From a virus (Duplodnaviria; Caudoviricetes): DNA of 51,760 nucleotides. The translations under genes were made by a program, and so were the position numbers. Positions 36,381 to 47,121 of this stretch are shown in pieces (within the stretch, counting starts at the first letter, position 1; each line of letters opens with the position of its first letter). The notes under the pieces were generated by a model. It saw nothing but the letters and a program-made list of their open reading frames with translations. It was not told the DNA's origin and did not search any database. The stretch is taken from the IMG/VR virus record IMGVR_UViG_3300024423_000004, positions 1-51,760 of that record, one strand, 5' to 3'.

Positions 36381-38420
36381 ATGTCGAAAGAAATAGATAA
36401 TCTAAAGAATCTTGCGAAGCAAATAAATAAAGATTTTGGAGGTGGATCACTCATGCATTTGGGTGATTCTCCTAAAATTCTTGAAAATGAGGCAAAGAGG
36501 CAATCTTTTGGTTATAAATTGCTTGATGATGCTTCTGCAGGTGGTCTTTGTTATGGTAAAATTCATGAAATATTTGGCAATGAGGGAGATGGTAAAACTA
36601 CTTTAGCTTTATCTATTTTAGCAGAATGTCAAAGAAATGGAATGCAGGGTTATTATGTAGATGCAGAACATAAATTAAATTTGGAATATGCTAAGACTTT
36701 AGGGGTTGATGTTAGTAAATTATTAATTACACAACCTTCTCATGGAGAACATGCTTTAGATGTTATGAAGGATGTTTTTAATTCAAATTTAGTGAATATA
36801 TGTGTTGTTGATTCAGTGTCTTCTTTAACTCCTCTATCTATGATAAATGGAGAATTTACTGATGCTAATATGGGTGCACATGCAAGACTTATGTCTACAA
36901 TGTGTAGGGTATTAGTACCTATTTTAAATCAGAAGAATATTATTTTAATATTGATTAACCAAATTCGTTATAAATTGGGTGTAATGTTTGGTTGTTTTCA
37001 TTATAATACTCTTGTTAATTTTGCTGATGGTAAAAATATTCCTATTGGAAAAGTTGTAGATGAAAAAATTCAAGGTGATGTTTATTGCTTAAATGAAAAA
37101 ACTAATGAAATTGAAATAAAATCTATAGTAGATTGGCATGATAATGGGAAAATAGAAAATAAAGAAGATTTTATTCATATTCAAACAAATTCAATAGATG
37201 GTGGAAGTAGATTTGGTTTTACATGCACTCCTAATCATAAAATTTTAACTAATAAAGGATGGAAACAAGCAAAAAATATTAATTATGAAGATAAGCTTAT
37301 TTCTAAATATTTAGAAACTATTAATGGTACTTATGGTGATTTTTTAAGGGGAATATTAATTGGAGATAGTCATATATCTATTCGTGATCAAAACACAGGC
37401 TGTTTAAGATTTCAGGAGAATAAACAAGTTGAATATCTTAATTGGAAATTAAAAAAATTAAATCCATTTTTAAAATTTAAAAAAATTGATATTAATAATA
37501 GAGGGTATAGATATATTTCTAAATATACTTTTGAATGGTCAAAAATAAAAAAAATAATTGGTAATCGCAATCCGGAATATATGTTACAAAAATATTCTGA
37601 TTTATCTTTAGCAATTTGGATTATGGATGATGGACATTTTGATCAAAAAGGTGGTCATAGAAGATATAATATTTCTATAAAAAGATTTAAGAATGATGAT
37701 TTAAATTTACAAAATGTTGTAGATTTATTTCAAAAAAATGGATTAGATTGTAATTATAGAATATCAGATGGAAATATTAATTTTTCTACTGAAATGACAG
37801 ATATAATTGCTAAAAGAATTTGTAAATTTGTTCCAATTTGTATGCAATATAAACTTCCTGTAGAATATCATGAGAAATATCAAGAATTTAATTTAAGAAA
37901 TAAACCTATAGAAATAACTGAATTTGTAGAAATTAAGGAGATTCGGGGGGCTTCGAATAAGCAAATAAAAAATAAGCGTAAATTTGATATTTCTGTTCAA
38001 GATAATGAAAATTATATGGTTGGTGGAAAATATAATGGAATTATTGTACATAATTCGCCAGAGACAACTACTGGAGGACAAGCTATAAAATTTCACTCGA
38101 TAATGAGGATGAAGTTAACATCTACCAAATATTCAGACTCAGATAAATTGAAGAGGATGGTAAATGTTAATTTTATAAAACAGCAATCTGGTGGATTACC
38201 CTATACAAAAACGGGTTTACTCCTCAATATAGGAGAAGGTTTTGATAAGGGGTATGATTTAATTGAACATGGTATAAAAAAAGGAATACTTAAATTAAAT
38301 GGTTCTCAAGTAAAGATGGGTGATATTAGTATTGGACAAGGAAAATTAAAAGCTAGTCAAAATCTTCTAGAAGATAAGAAGTTGTTCGATAAATATGAGA
38401 AGTTATTAAAAGGAGTATAA
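36381..38420 (+). CDS. recA: RecA recombinase containing an intein
   Basis: EIFGNEGDGKTTL, DAEH, VVDSV, ARLMS, INQIR.K.GVMFG|intein|SPETTTGG.A.KF. Confidence 0.95.
   Translation: MSKEIDNLKNLAKQINKDFGGGSLMHLGDSPKILENEAKRQSFGYKLLDDASAGGLCYGKIHEIFGNEGDGKTTLALSILAECQRNGMQGYYVDAEHKLNLEYAKTLGVDVSKLLITQPSHGEHALDVMKDVFNSNLVNICVVDSVSSLTPLSMINGEFTDANMGAHARLMSTMCRVLVPILNQKNIILILINQIRYKLGVMFGCFHYNTLVNFADGKNIPIGKVVDEKIQGDVYCLNEKTNEIEIKSIVDWHDNGKIENKEDFIHIQTNSIDGGSRFGFTCTPNHKILTNKGWKQAKNINYEDKLISKYLETINGTYGDFLRGILIGDSHISIRDQNTGCLRFQENKQVEYLNWKLKKLNPFLKFKKIDINNRGYRYISKYTFEWSKIKKIIGNRNPEYMLQKYSDLSLAIWIMDDGHFDQKGGHRRYNISIKRFKNDDLNLQNVVDLFQKNGLDCNYRISDGNINFSTEMTDIIAKRICKFVPICMQYKLPVEYHEKYQEFNLRNKPIEITEFVEIKEIRGASNKQIKNKRKFDISVQDNENYMVGGKYNGIIVHNSPETTTGGQAIKFHSIMRMKLTSTKYSDSDKLKRMVNVNFIKQQSGGLPYTKTGLLLNIGEGFDKGYDLIEHGIKKGILKLNGSQVKMGDISIGQGKLKASQNLLEDKKLFDKYEKLLKGV
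36993..38054 (+). mobile_element. Intein (354 aa) with LAGLIDADG homing endonuclease
   Basis: Begins CFHYNT, block B CTPNH, LRGILIGD and LAIWIMDDG motifs, ends IVHN followed by Ser. Confidence 0.95.
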
Positions 38421-38423
38421 AAA

Positions 38424-38672
38424 ATGTTTGGTGAATGGAAAGATGCTATTAATGATCCTCCTAAAGATAAAGGTAATGTATTGGTAACAGATGGCAATGA
38501 TTTTACTATTGCATATTACAATGGTGGAGAGTGGCTTTTTGATGAAGTTAATTCAATGTTAGAAGCTGAAAATTGGGATGGAAGGGCGCATATTAGTTTG
38601 GATTCCAATCCTCAATATTGGATGGATTTACCATCAATTCCCATAATAAAAGAGGAATATGAAAATGTCTAG
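38424..38672 (+). CDS. DUF551-like phage protein
   Basis: W.....PP....VLVTDG....AYY...W...YWMDLP..P pattern. Confidence 0.7.
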   Translation: MFGEWKDAINDPPKDKGNVLVTDGNDFTIAYYNGGEWLFDEVNSMLEAENWDGRAHISLDSNPQYWMDLPSIPIIKEEYENV

Positions 38673-39051
38673 TATTTATAATAAAGAGTCTGCTGTTATT
38701 TCAATTGATAAATTCTTTGAAGCAATTAGTGATAAACCAGAGCAATATGATATTAATGAATTAGTAACAATAGTAGAGTCTATTATTCCAGTTCATTCTA
38801 CTCTTGAAATTAGTGATTTTGGTGAAGTTGATACTCTATTGGCTATATATCCTTATCTTTTTCAAAAATTAGTAAAAATGCATGCTTATTTTGCACACAA
38901 AGTTCGTATTTATGTTCAAAAGAAGAAATCTCAAGAAGCTAATTTAATGAGGGCACATAGGGACTCTTTTGAACAATTAATGAGGGCAGTAAAATTACAA
39001 TATGAATCTTTATCAAGAAGGATAACTTTAATGACAGAAAGGAGAATATAA
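38659..39051 (+). CDS. Hypothetical helical protein (possible recombination mediator)
   Basis: Coiled-coil C-terminus ending LSRRIT; close to recA. Confidence 0.5.
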   Translation: MKMSSIYNKESAVISIDKFFEAISDKPEQYDINELVTIVESIIPVHSTLEISDFGEVDTLLAIYPYLFQKLVKMHAYFAHKVRIYVQKKKSQEANLMRAHRDSFEQLMRAVKLQYESLSRRITLMTERRI

Positions 39052-39326
39052 TGAAAATTGAATTTATAGTTGATGATAATTTAGATAGAGCTGATTATGC
39101 AAATGATGCAAAAGATTTTGATTTTGTTGAAAAAGAATTAGAAGAATTAAGGGAAATAAATCTTGAGATTTATAACCATCCTGATGGGGATTTTATTTTT
39201 AAATTTGGATGGGATATATATAAAATTTCTGGAGATAGATTAGCAGCATCTTTATCTGCTTTAAATCAAGTAAAACATTCTTGTGCTAAGATAAAAAAAG
39301 CAATACTTAAAGAAAAAGATGAATAA
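39051..39326 (+). CDS. Hypothetical protein
   Basis: Coupled ORF in the operon. Confidence 0.6.
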   Translation: MKIEFIVDDNLDRADYANDAKDFDFVEKELEELREINLEIYNHPDGDFIFKFGWDIYKISGDRLAASLSALNQVKHSCAKIKKAILKEKDE

Positions 39327-39855
39327 TAAAATTGTTGTTTCTTCTTTAACAAGAAAAGTATTTGATCAGATATCATGTCCGCAAAATGTTGATTGGGCTT
39401 GGTGGATAGAACAAAAATTGCAAAAAATGCAAATAAACGGTCTTGTAAAAATGATTCAACAATCAAAAAAAATGGATATGAAATATATTGAAGGATATTT
39501 ACCTAAATTCAAGTGGGCCTTTAGGAAAAATTCAATTAATATTTCTCATTGCGATTGGTTATTTTGTTTTATACAATCTTTAGATGTTGATTTTAATTGG
39601 AATATTTGGGAACAATTAGTACAGATAAAAACAGATGATATGAAAATTTTTCAAGAATCTATGAATATAGCATTTAGTAGAAATAATTCAAATTTGAATT
39701 ACATATTAGCAATTTTTTTTGATAAAAGATATGAATTTTATCAGAAGATAGAAGAATTAAGGAATAATATAACTTCTTTTGAAGAAGAAGAGAAAAAAGA
39801 AATTACAGATAAATCAATACAAAAATGGAATAATTTAAAGGATTTATTATGTTAA
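39319..39855 (+). CDS. Hypothetical protein
   Basis: Coupled ORF upstream of the primase-helicase. Confidence 0.6.
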   Translation: MNNKIVVSSLTRKVFDQISCPQNVDWAWWIEQKLQKMQINGLVKMIQQSKKMDMKYIEGYLPKFKWAFRKNSINISHCDWLFCFIQSLDVDFNWNIWEQLVQIKTDDMKIFQESMNIAFSRNNSNLNYILAIFFDKRYEFYQKIEELRNNITSFEEEEKKEITDKSIQKWNNLKDLLC

Positions 39856-42284
39856 GACTTTCAAAAGCTACAAGTTTTATTTTAAATGAAGTAAATATTG
39901 TAGAATTTCTAGAATCCTTTGAAGGATTAGAATTTAAAAAGATAGGGAATAACATGAGGGCAATATGTCCCCTGCATGGAGATACTGATCCTTCTTTTAC
40001 TGTTTCTTTAGATAAAAATGTATGGCATTGTTTTGGATGTAAGGGTGGGGGATCTTTAATTTCTTTTGTAGAACAATTTCATTCTTTAAATAGAATTAAA
40101 GCTATTCATTATATTTTTGATCAATTAGAACTTAATGTAAATGATTATGTTGAATATACAGAATCAGAAAATATTCAAAATATTTTGGAATCAGCAACGC
40201 AATATTTTATACAAAAATCAACAAATAAAAAATTTAAAGATTATTTTCAGAAAAAAGAATTTAAAGACTTTAAATATTTAGAACAAGAGAAAATTGGTTA
40301 TTGTGATTCTGAAGCAAATTTACATGCATACTTATTAAGTAAGAATTATTCAAAAGAAGAAATATGGAATAGTAATTTATATGGAACTAAATTTAATAGT
40401 TCAATTGTTTTTCCTATTCGAAATATATATGGAATAATAAGATACTTCCAATGCAGGCAATTAGATAATAAGGATGCAAAATATATTTCAGATAAGGAAG
40501 ATGCTTTATTAGTTGGTGCTCATTCTCTTAAAAAAGATGATTATGTTATTCTTGTAGAAGGATATGCAGATTATTTGGCTTTGAATCATAAAAATTATAA
40601 TGTTTTATGCATGAGGGGTCTAAAGGTAACTCAAGATTTAATAGACTTAATAAAATCTCATGAAATCAATAATGTTTATGTTTGGGTAGATGGAGATATT
40701 GCTGGATTTGATTATATCAAAACTTTGACGTATAATTATGTTGAATTATTTTCTAGTAATCATATGAATGGTTATACAATTTTTGTTGAAAATAGTGATC
40801 CAGATATTTTAGTTAATACTAATATTAATGTAGAATTTTTATTGGAAGGTAGTTTGTTGCTTCCTCTGCATTTTTTAGAAAATAAATATAAAGGGATAAA
40901 TGAAGATGATAAGTATAAATTTATAGATTTTGCTAGGGATTTATGTAAGGGTTATGATTATTTTACTATTAGTCAAATTATCAAATATTTATCAAACTTA
41001 ACGGAAATTGATAAAATTATTATTGAAGATAGGTTTTTATCCCTTAGTAAATCTAAATTTGCAAATTTTGAACTTGAAAAAGATATAATTGCTTCTATAT
41101 TATATGATAATAATTTAATATATCAATATAAAATTGATGAAGAATGGTTTGCATTCAAATCTTCAAGATATTTATTTAAATTAATTCAACTAGAAAAAGT
41201 TAATATTGTTAACATAAAAACTATTGCAGATCAGTGGTGTCATGGATTTATTGATTCATTACCTTCTTATAATTCGAATTTATTAGAGGAAAAATTTAAT
41301 CTATTAAAAGAAATTAGAGATAAAAGGTATTTACATGATATAGGTAAAAAAGTCATGCTCATGAGTGATTCACACGATGAATGTTTATCATATATTAATG
41401 AGTCTTTAATTAATATCTATCAGAATAAAAATGAAAATGTAGAAGATTTCTATGATTCGATGAAATCAGTAATTAATAAATTAGTTGATGGTCACAAGTA
41501 CATAGGCTATGATATAAGTAATAGATTTCCGATAATGAATCAAACATTATTTGGAATAGTTCCAGGTAAATTGATTCTTTTAATGGGTTGTACAGGACAT
41601 GGGAAGACTAATGTAGCTTTGAATTTGGCATCTACTCTTTCATATGATCAATCTTATAAAGGATTGTATTTTTGTGGAGAAATGCAAATAGATGAATTGA
41701 CAAAAAGATTTATTTCAATAAATTCTGGTGTATCGAATACTAAATTAAATACTAATAATTTAGATGATGATGACATGACTAAAATTTTTGATGTTGCTTC
41801 TTCATTTAATAGTGATAAATTAAAATTTCATTCAACTATGAAATTTGATAAAATCATAAATCTTATAAAATATTCTAAAATAAAATATGATATTAATTAT
41901 GTTATTATTGATTATATGCAATTATTAGAACCTTCAAGGTCTATGCCTAGAATGGAAAAAACTTATCAATTAAAAGAAATGACTAGAATTTTAAAAACTA
42001 ATATCTGTCAAGAGTTAGATTTACCAGTTATAGTATTAGGTCAACTGAATGATGATGCTCTAAATGAAAGTATACCCTCTGCTAGAAATTCATCACAGTC
42101 TAAATTAATTCAAACTGATGCAGATATTACAATTGCATTGAGAATGAAGAATAAAAAAGAAAAGGATTTAGAACCAAATGGAGATATTATTTTTCATATT
42201 GATAAGGTCCGATATAATAGAGGGAAGAGGGTTTTACTTTTAGATTTTGATGATAATTCGCTTGTCATGAAAGAATCAATATAA
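39849..42284 (+). CDS. DnaG-type primase / DnaB-type helicase fusion
   Basis: CPLH..DPSF..HCFGC zinc finger, VEGYAD and DGD.AG TOPRIM motifs, GCTGHGKT Walker A, IIDYMQL and QLN. Confidence 0.92.
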   Translation: MLRLSKATSFILNEVNIVEFLESFEGLEFKKIGNNMRAICPLHGDTDPSFTVSLDKNVWHCFGCKGGGSLISFVEQFHSLNRIKAIHYIFDQLELNVNDYVEYTESENIQNILESATQYFIQKSTNKKFKDYFQKKEFKDFKYLEQEKIGYCDSEANLHAYLLSKNYSKEEIWNSNLYGTKFNSSIVFPIRNIYGIIRYFQCRQLDNKDAKYISDKEDALLVGAHSLKKDDYVILVEGYADYLALNHKNYNVLCMRGLKVTQDLIDLIKSHEINNVYVWVDGDIAGFDYIKTLTYNYVELFSSNHMNGYTIFVENSDPDILVNTNINVEFLLEGSLLLPLHFLENKYKGINEDDKYKFIDFARDLCKGYDYFTISQIIKYLSNLTEIDKIIIEDRFLSLSKSKFANFELEKDIIASILYDNNLIYQYKIDEEWFAFKSSRYLFKLIQLEKVNIVNIKTIADQWCHGFIDSLPSYNSNLLEEKFNLLKEIRDKRYLHDIGKKVMLMSDSHDECLSYINESLINIYQNKNENVEDFYDSMKSVINKLVDGHKYIGYDISNRFPIMNQTLFGIVPGKLILLMGCTGHGKTNVALNLASTLSYDQSYKGLYFCGEMQIDELTKRFISINSGVSNTKLNTNNLDDDDMTKIFDVASSFNSDKLKFHSTMKFDKIINLIKYSKIKYDINYVIIDYMQLLEPSRSMPRMEKTYQLKEMTRILKTNICQELDLPVIVLGQLNDDALNESIPSARNSSQSKLIQTDADITIALRMKNKKEKDLEPNGDIIFHIDKVRYNRGKRVLLLDFDDNSLVMKESI

Positions 42285-42293
42285 AGAGGAAAA

Positions 42294-42779
42294 ATGTTAA
42301 AGAAAATAAATAATAAATTGAAAAAAGTCATTCATTCTTGGTTATTTACATATGATTATCATTTTATGATAGAGGAGAATGGAAGATTACCAATTAGAGC
42401 ATATAAAAATGATGCTGGATATGATCTTTTTATTTCGGAATCAATAAAAATAAAATCTAAACAAATGTCTAATATTGCAACGGGTGTTTCTTGTTTGGGG
42501 CATAGACCAGCTTGGATTCTCTTAACTGGAAGATCATCTACATTAATAAATCATGGTTTGATAGTCAATGAGGGTGTAATAGATGCAGATTATACAGGAG
42601 AATTATTTGTAAAAATTTATAATCCAACAGAACATGATGTATTTTTAAATAAGGGAATGAGAGTAGCACAAATAATTGTTATACCTCATACAAGTATAAA
42701 AATGGAAAAAGTAAAAAATCTAAATAATAAAAAGAAGAGTATTAGAGGGTCTAAGGGATTTGGGTCGTCTGGAAAATAA
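42294..42779 (+). CDS. dut: Trimeric dUTPase
   Basis: DAGYDL, GRSS, GVIDADYTGE, RVAQ and RG.KGFGSSG motifs. Confidence 0.95.
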   Translation: MLKKINNKLKKVIHSWLFTYDYHFMIEENGRLPIRAYKNDAGYDLFISESIKIKSKQMSNIATGVSCLGHRPAWILLTGRSSTLINHGLIVNEGVIDADYTGELFVKIYNPTEHDVFLNKGMRVAQIIVIPHTSIKMEKVKNLNNKKKSIRGSKGFGSSGK

Positions 42780-42780
42780 C

Positions 42781-43227
42781 ATGTTGAAATACAGATTAAA
42801 TGTACATATAAGAAGTAATAAATTAATAGTAAATAATTATATTTCTTTTATAGAAGAATATTATAAAAAACATAAACGGACTTCAGAAATTCATGTTGAT
42901 TCTTTAATATTAATATATAATCTTACTAAAAATGAAAAAATTTTTAATTGGATTTTAAAAGTTCATAGGGGTCTTTTAATAAAAATTACAAGATTTACAT
43001 ATAATAAATATAAAACTTTCTTATATAAAGAAGATTATAATGAAATGCTTTCCATGGTTATGGGTGAATTTTATAGAAGGATATTATTTTATGAAATTCC
43101 TCCTCGTGCACCTTTTTCTAAATATGTTAAATTATATATACGTAGATGGTTAAATTCATATACAAAATTGATAGTAAAGAAAAATAATCGATTTGTCCTT
43201 GAATGTGATAAAGAGGAAATGCAATGA
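42781..43227 (+). CDS. Second sigma-region-2-like protein, without region 4
   Basis: NEKIFNWILK....L, ED..E.......F......YE.....PFSKYV..YIR..L pattern. Confidence 0.5.
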   Translation: MLKYRLNVHIRSNKLIVNNYISFIEEYYKKHKRTSEIHVDSLILIYNLTKNEKIFNWILKVHRGLLIKITRFTYNKYKTFLYKEDYNEMLSMVMGEFYRRILFYEIPPRAPFSKYVKLYIRRWLNSYTKLIVKKNNRFVLECDKEEMQ

Positions 43228-46214
43228 TAAATTTACATACAAAATCTGCAGGCGGTAATTTTGATTCTATATTAACTAATTCTGATCTCATATCAGAAGA
43301 TAAAATAATTACTGTTGTAGATTCAACTATGTTTAATGTTGTTTCTTTATACAAAAATTGTAAAGCAGCAAGTAAGAAGTTGGTATTTGGGTTAGATATT
43401 TGTACGGCTTTTGGTAATGTAGAATCATTAATTTCTATGTATGGGAAATTTTATGGTAAATTGACTTTAATTGCTAAAAATTATCAAGGATATCAGAATT
43501 TAGTAAAATTATCTACATATTCTTATTTGAAGGGTTTTTATCAAAAGCCTAGAATAGATTTAGAATTTTTATTAGAAAATAATGAAGGTTTAATTTGTTT
43601 GATTGATTCATTAAATTCTAATCTTGCCATGCATATTGAAAATGATAGTAAATTTGAAATGATGAAAGAATATAAAACTTTAAAGGGTATTTTTAAAGAA
43701 AAGTTACATTGGGTTTATTTTCTGAATGCAGAACCTACTGAAAAAGTAAAAACTTTTATACAAAATAATAATGAAAAAGTAATTGCTTCTAATATAGTAA
43801 AATATCAAAATCCAAATAATTTTGATTATTGGAAATATTTGATGTGTATTAACAACAATATTAATACAGGGGAATTTGATAATAATAATAAATCTTCTTA
43901 TTGTAAAAAAGAATTTAATGATTTTTATTATTGTATATGGTTATCAGAACATGCCATTATGAACTTATTTGATCTACTAGAAGAAGTAGAAGATTATAAT
44001 TTAGATCAAAAAGAATTGAAATTGCCAGATATGGGTATTCCAGATGAGGACTTTATAGAAAATTTATTTCGTAAATTAGAAGAATTTGGTTTAAATACAG
44101 AAAAATATATAGAAAGATTGAGTTATGAATTAGATACTATAATGAAATTTGGATATAAGGATTATTTTCTTTTAGTAAAAGATGTAGTTGATTATGCAAA
44201 TAGAGAATTATCTGGTTATCTTTCTGCAGGTCGAGGTAGTGTAGGTGGATGTTTAATAGCTTATCTTTTAGGAATTACAAGAATAAATCCAGTCAATCCT
44301 AAAGGTTTTGATATGGAAATACCTTTTGATAGATTTTTAAATTCTGGTAGAAAAGTAATGCCGGATATAGATTTGGATTTTTTACCTAGAGATCGTCCTT
44401 TAGTTATTCAATATTTGAAGGATAAATTTGGAAATGATTCTTGTAAAAATATGATGACTAAAGTTACATTTGGTGCACGGTCTTCTATAAGGGAAATTTG
44501 TAGAATATCTGGTAATTTAACATCAGAAATAGAAAGTATAATAAAGTCTTTTCCTTCAGACCAACATCTTAATTTAGATATATTAAAAGATACGGATATT
44601 TATAAGCAAAATGAAGATAATAAAATATTTATGGATATGTATAAAATAGCTGAAAAATTAGAGGGAATGCCACGTTCAATTGGTGTACATGCTTCAGGGA
44701 TCGCATTATCTGCATGTGATATGAAAGATAATGTACCTTTTTTCATTCATAATGGAAGAGAAGTCACCCAATATGATCAAAATTCATTAGATTATATGGG
44801 AGTTATAAAATTAGATATATTAGGTTTAAATGTTTTGCAGATAATGAGTGATTGCTTAGAATTAATTGAGCCTAACATGGACAAATTTGAATGGTTATCT
44901 GAAATATCATTAAATGATGATGGAGTTTTTAAATTTATCAATGATGGATTGATATCTGGAGTTTTTCAATGGGACACTTTTAACTATAAAAAAGTTATTG
45001 AAAATGTAAAACCAAATAGTTTTAAAGAATTAGTTGATCTAAATACATTAGGCAGAAGTGCTGCCTTATTATCAGGTTTAACGGACAAATATATAGCTAG
45101 AAAGAATGGATTAGAGAAAATTGAACCATTACATCCTAATTTGGATAATCTGATGAGTCAGACTTATGAATTACCTTTATATCAAGAACAGATTATGAAG
45201 ATTTTTATTGAATTGGCTGGTTTTAGTTTTTCTGAAGCAGATGATGTAAGGAAAGCAATAGGTAAAAAAATTCCAGAACTTATGAATCAGCAAATGAAAA
45301 AATTTAATGAAGGTTGTATTAAGAATAATATAACAACAAAAGAATCGGCAAAGATATGGTATATTATTGATAAATTTTCTAAATATACTTGGAATTTAGG
45401 TCATGCAATAGCTTATACAAGGATTTGTTATGAAACTGCGTATTTAGCATATCATTATCCAAAGGAATTTTATTGTGCCTGTATTAATAATTCAGGAGAT
45501 AAGAATGAAATTGGTAATTTTATATCTACTCTAAAAAAGAGAAAAATAAAAATAGATAGTTGTCATATAAATGTATCTCAAAAACGATATATTATAAAAG
45601 ATCAAATTGTTTATTCTGGTTTTACTGGATTAAAATTTTTTGGAGAAAAATCAATAGATAATTTTTTGAATATGAGGAGTACTGGATATGATTCTATAGA
45701 AGAATTATTTGAAAAAGTACCCAAAAAAACATTAAATGCAAGGGCAATAAAAGCATTATATTGTGGTGGTGCTTTTGATTCTTTGATAAAAATTGAAGAA
45801 GATTTAGAATTATTAGCAAAAAGGGCAAATCTAACTATAAGGGAATTAAGGTTATTGAATTTAAATCAATATAATATATGTGGTAGAATTACTGTAAATC
45901 CAGTACAAAAAATTGGAATTTTATTTTCTGACCATAAAACAAAATATAATAATTTAATTGATTTAAAAGATAATTTGACTGTTTTTACCATGGCATATAT
46001 AGTTGGATTAAGGGAGATATATACTAAAAATGGAAATAAAATGGCTTTTGGAACTTTAGAAGATCACACTGGTCGATATGAAATTGTTATATTTCCTTCA
46101 GTTTGGAAAAATACAAAAATTAAAATTGGGGATTTATGTGAAACTAAATTAAGATATGATAAAGGAATTATATGTGATTATATAAGGAAATTTGATATAG
46201 AAGAGGTAGAATGA
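43224..46214 (+). CDS. dnaE: DNA polymerase III alpha subunit (family C)
   Basis: AKN..GY.NL, GRGS, FDRFLN, PDIDLDF, HASG, KLDILGL, GVFQ, YQEQIM and C-terminal OB fold (TKNG.KMAF..LED). Confidence 0.95.
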   Translation: MINLHTKSAGGNFDSILTNSDLISEDKIITVVDSTMFNVVSLYKNCKAASKKLVFGLDICTAFGNVESLISMYGKFYGKLTLIAKNYQGYQNLVKLSTYSYLKGFYQKPRIDLEFLLENNEGLICLIDSLNSNLAMHIENDSKFEMMKEYKTLKGIFKEKLHWVYFLNAEPTEKVKTFIQNNNEKVIASNIVKYQNPNNFDYWKYLMCINNNINTGEFDNNNKSSYCKKEFNDFYYCIWLSEHAIMNLFDLLEEVEDYNLDQKELKLPDMGIPDEDFIENLFRKLEEFGLNTEKYIERLSYELDTIMKFGYKDYFLLVKDVVDYANRELSGYLSAGRGSVGGCLIAYLLGITRINPVNPKGFDMEIPFDRFLNSGRKVMPDIDLDFLPRDRPLVIQYLKDKFGNDSCKNMMTKVTFGARSSIREICRISGNLTSEIESIIKSFPSDQHLNLDILKDTDIYKQNEDNKIFMDMYKIAEKLEGMPRSIGVHASGIALSACDMKDNVPFFIHNGREVTQYDQNSLDYMGVIKLDILGLNVLQIMSDCLELIEPNMDKFEWLSEISLNDDGVFKFINDGLISGVFQWDTFNYKKVIENVKPNSFKELVDLNTLGRSAALLSGLTDKYIARKNGLEKIEPLHPNLDNLMSQTYELPLYQEQIMKIFIELAGFSFSEADDVRKAIGKKIPELMNQQMKKFNEGCIKNNITTKESAKIWYIIDKFSKYTWNLGHAIAYTRICYETAYLAYHYPKEFYCACINNSGDKNEIGNFISTLKKRKIKIDSCHINVSQKRYIIKDQIVYSGFTGLKFFGEKSIDNFLNMRSTGYDSIEELFEKVPKKTLNARAIKALYCGGAFDSLIKIEEDLELLAKRANLTIRELRLLNLNQYNICGRITVNPVQKIGILFSDHKTKYNNLIDLKDNLTVFTMAYIVGLREIYTKNGNKMAFGTLEDHTGRYEIVIFPSVWKNTKIKIGDLCETKLRYDKGIICDYIRKFDIEEVE

Positions 46215-46215
46215 T

Positions 46216-47121
46216 ATGTTAGAGCGATTTGTCTGTCCTGATATGAAAGAAATTAATATGAAAGATTGTTTAGAGAAATGCAGATTAAATAAGAGATGTT
46301 TAACAAAACCTACATTAATGGTATTGGCTAGAGTTAGACCTTGGAAAGGTATTCCATCAGTAACGCAATTATTGAATGGAACATATGAATCTTTTTTAAA
46401 GATAAAAGTAGCTTATGCAGAATCACCAGATCAGATGGCTTTTAGATTATATGGTACAGTTACACATGCCAATTTAGAAGAAGTAGAAGTAGATGAATCA
46501 TTGATGATAGAAATTTCTAATGTGGGATCAGATGGAATTTCTGGTACTTCTGATTTGGTAGAAAAGGAAGATAATTGGCATATTTTAACTGATTATAAAA
46601 CATCAGGTTCATTTAAAGTTGCTAAAGCATTAGGGGCATATGAAACATGGGGGGAGTCTAAAGATGAAGTTTATAAACAAAAAACTTATGTAACTTTTGA
46701 TGGAATGAAAGTGGCTAGAGAGAAAGGAAGTCCCAAAATAAAGAAGAAAATTAAATTTGATATAAAAAATCAAGATTGTAAAGATTGGATTTATCAATTA
46801 AATAAATATCGAATTGATCTTGAAGAAAATGGAACAAAGATTGACGAAATAAGAATACAGGCTATTGTTAGAGATGGTGGGACTATGATAGCTAGAAATC
46901 GTGGTTTAGATAGAAATATATATTTGATTCCTATACCTCATATAAAAGATGAAGAAATAAAAAGTTATTTTAAAAAGAAAAAAGAAAATCTTCTTAAAGC
47001 TTTAGAAATGGGGGATTGGAATGAAGAATGTTCTGAAGAAGAGACTTGGAATGGACTTAAATGTGAAAGGTATTGTTCAGTAAGTAAATTCTGTAAATTT
47101 AAGGAAAATATAAATGGATAA
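46216..47121 (+). CDS. PD-(D/E)XK exonuclease (Cas4/AddB-like)
   Basis: PSVTQL, GT.TH, SGTSD, DYKTS, QL..Y and C-terminal C..C..YC...FC motifs. Confidence 0.82.
   Translation: MLERFVCPDMKEINMKDCLEKCRLNKRCLTKPTLMVLARVRPWKGIPSVTQLLNGTYESFLKIKVAYAESPDQMAFRLYGTVTHANLEEVEVDESLMIEISNVGSDGISGTSDLVEKEDNWHILTDYKTSGSFKVAKALGAYETWGESKDEVYKQKTYVTFDGMKVAREKGSPKIKKKIKFDIKNQDCKDWIYQLNKYRIDLEENGTKIDEIRIQAIVRDGGTMIARNRGLDRNIYLIPIPHIKDEEIKSYFKKKKENLLKALEMGDWNEECSEEETWNGLKCERYCSVSKFCKFKENING

Noticed and set aside
46216-47121. CRISPR-associated Cas4
   Set aside because: No repeat-spacer array or other cas genes were seen; stand-alone Cas4-like nucleases are common in phage replication modules.
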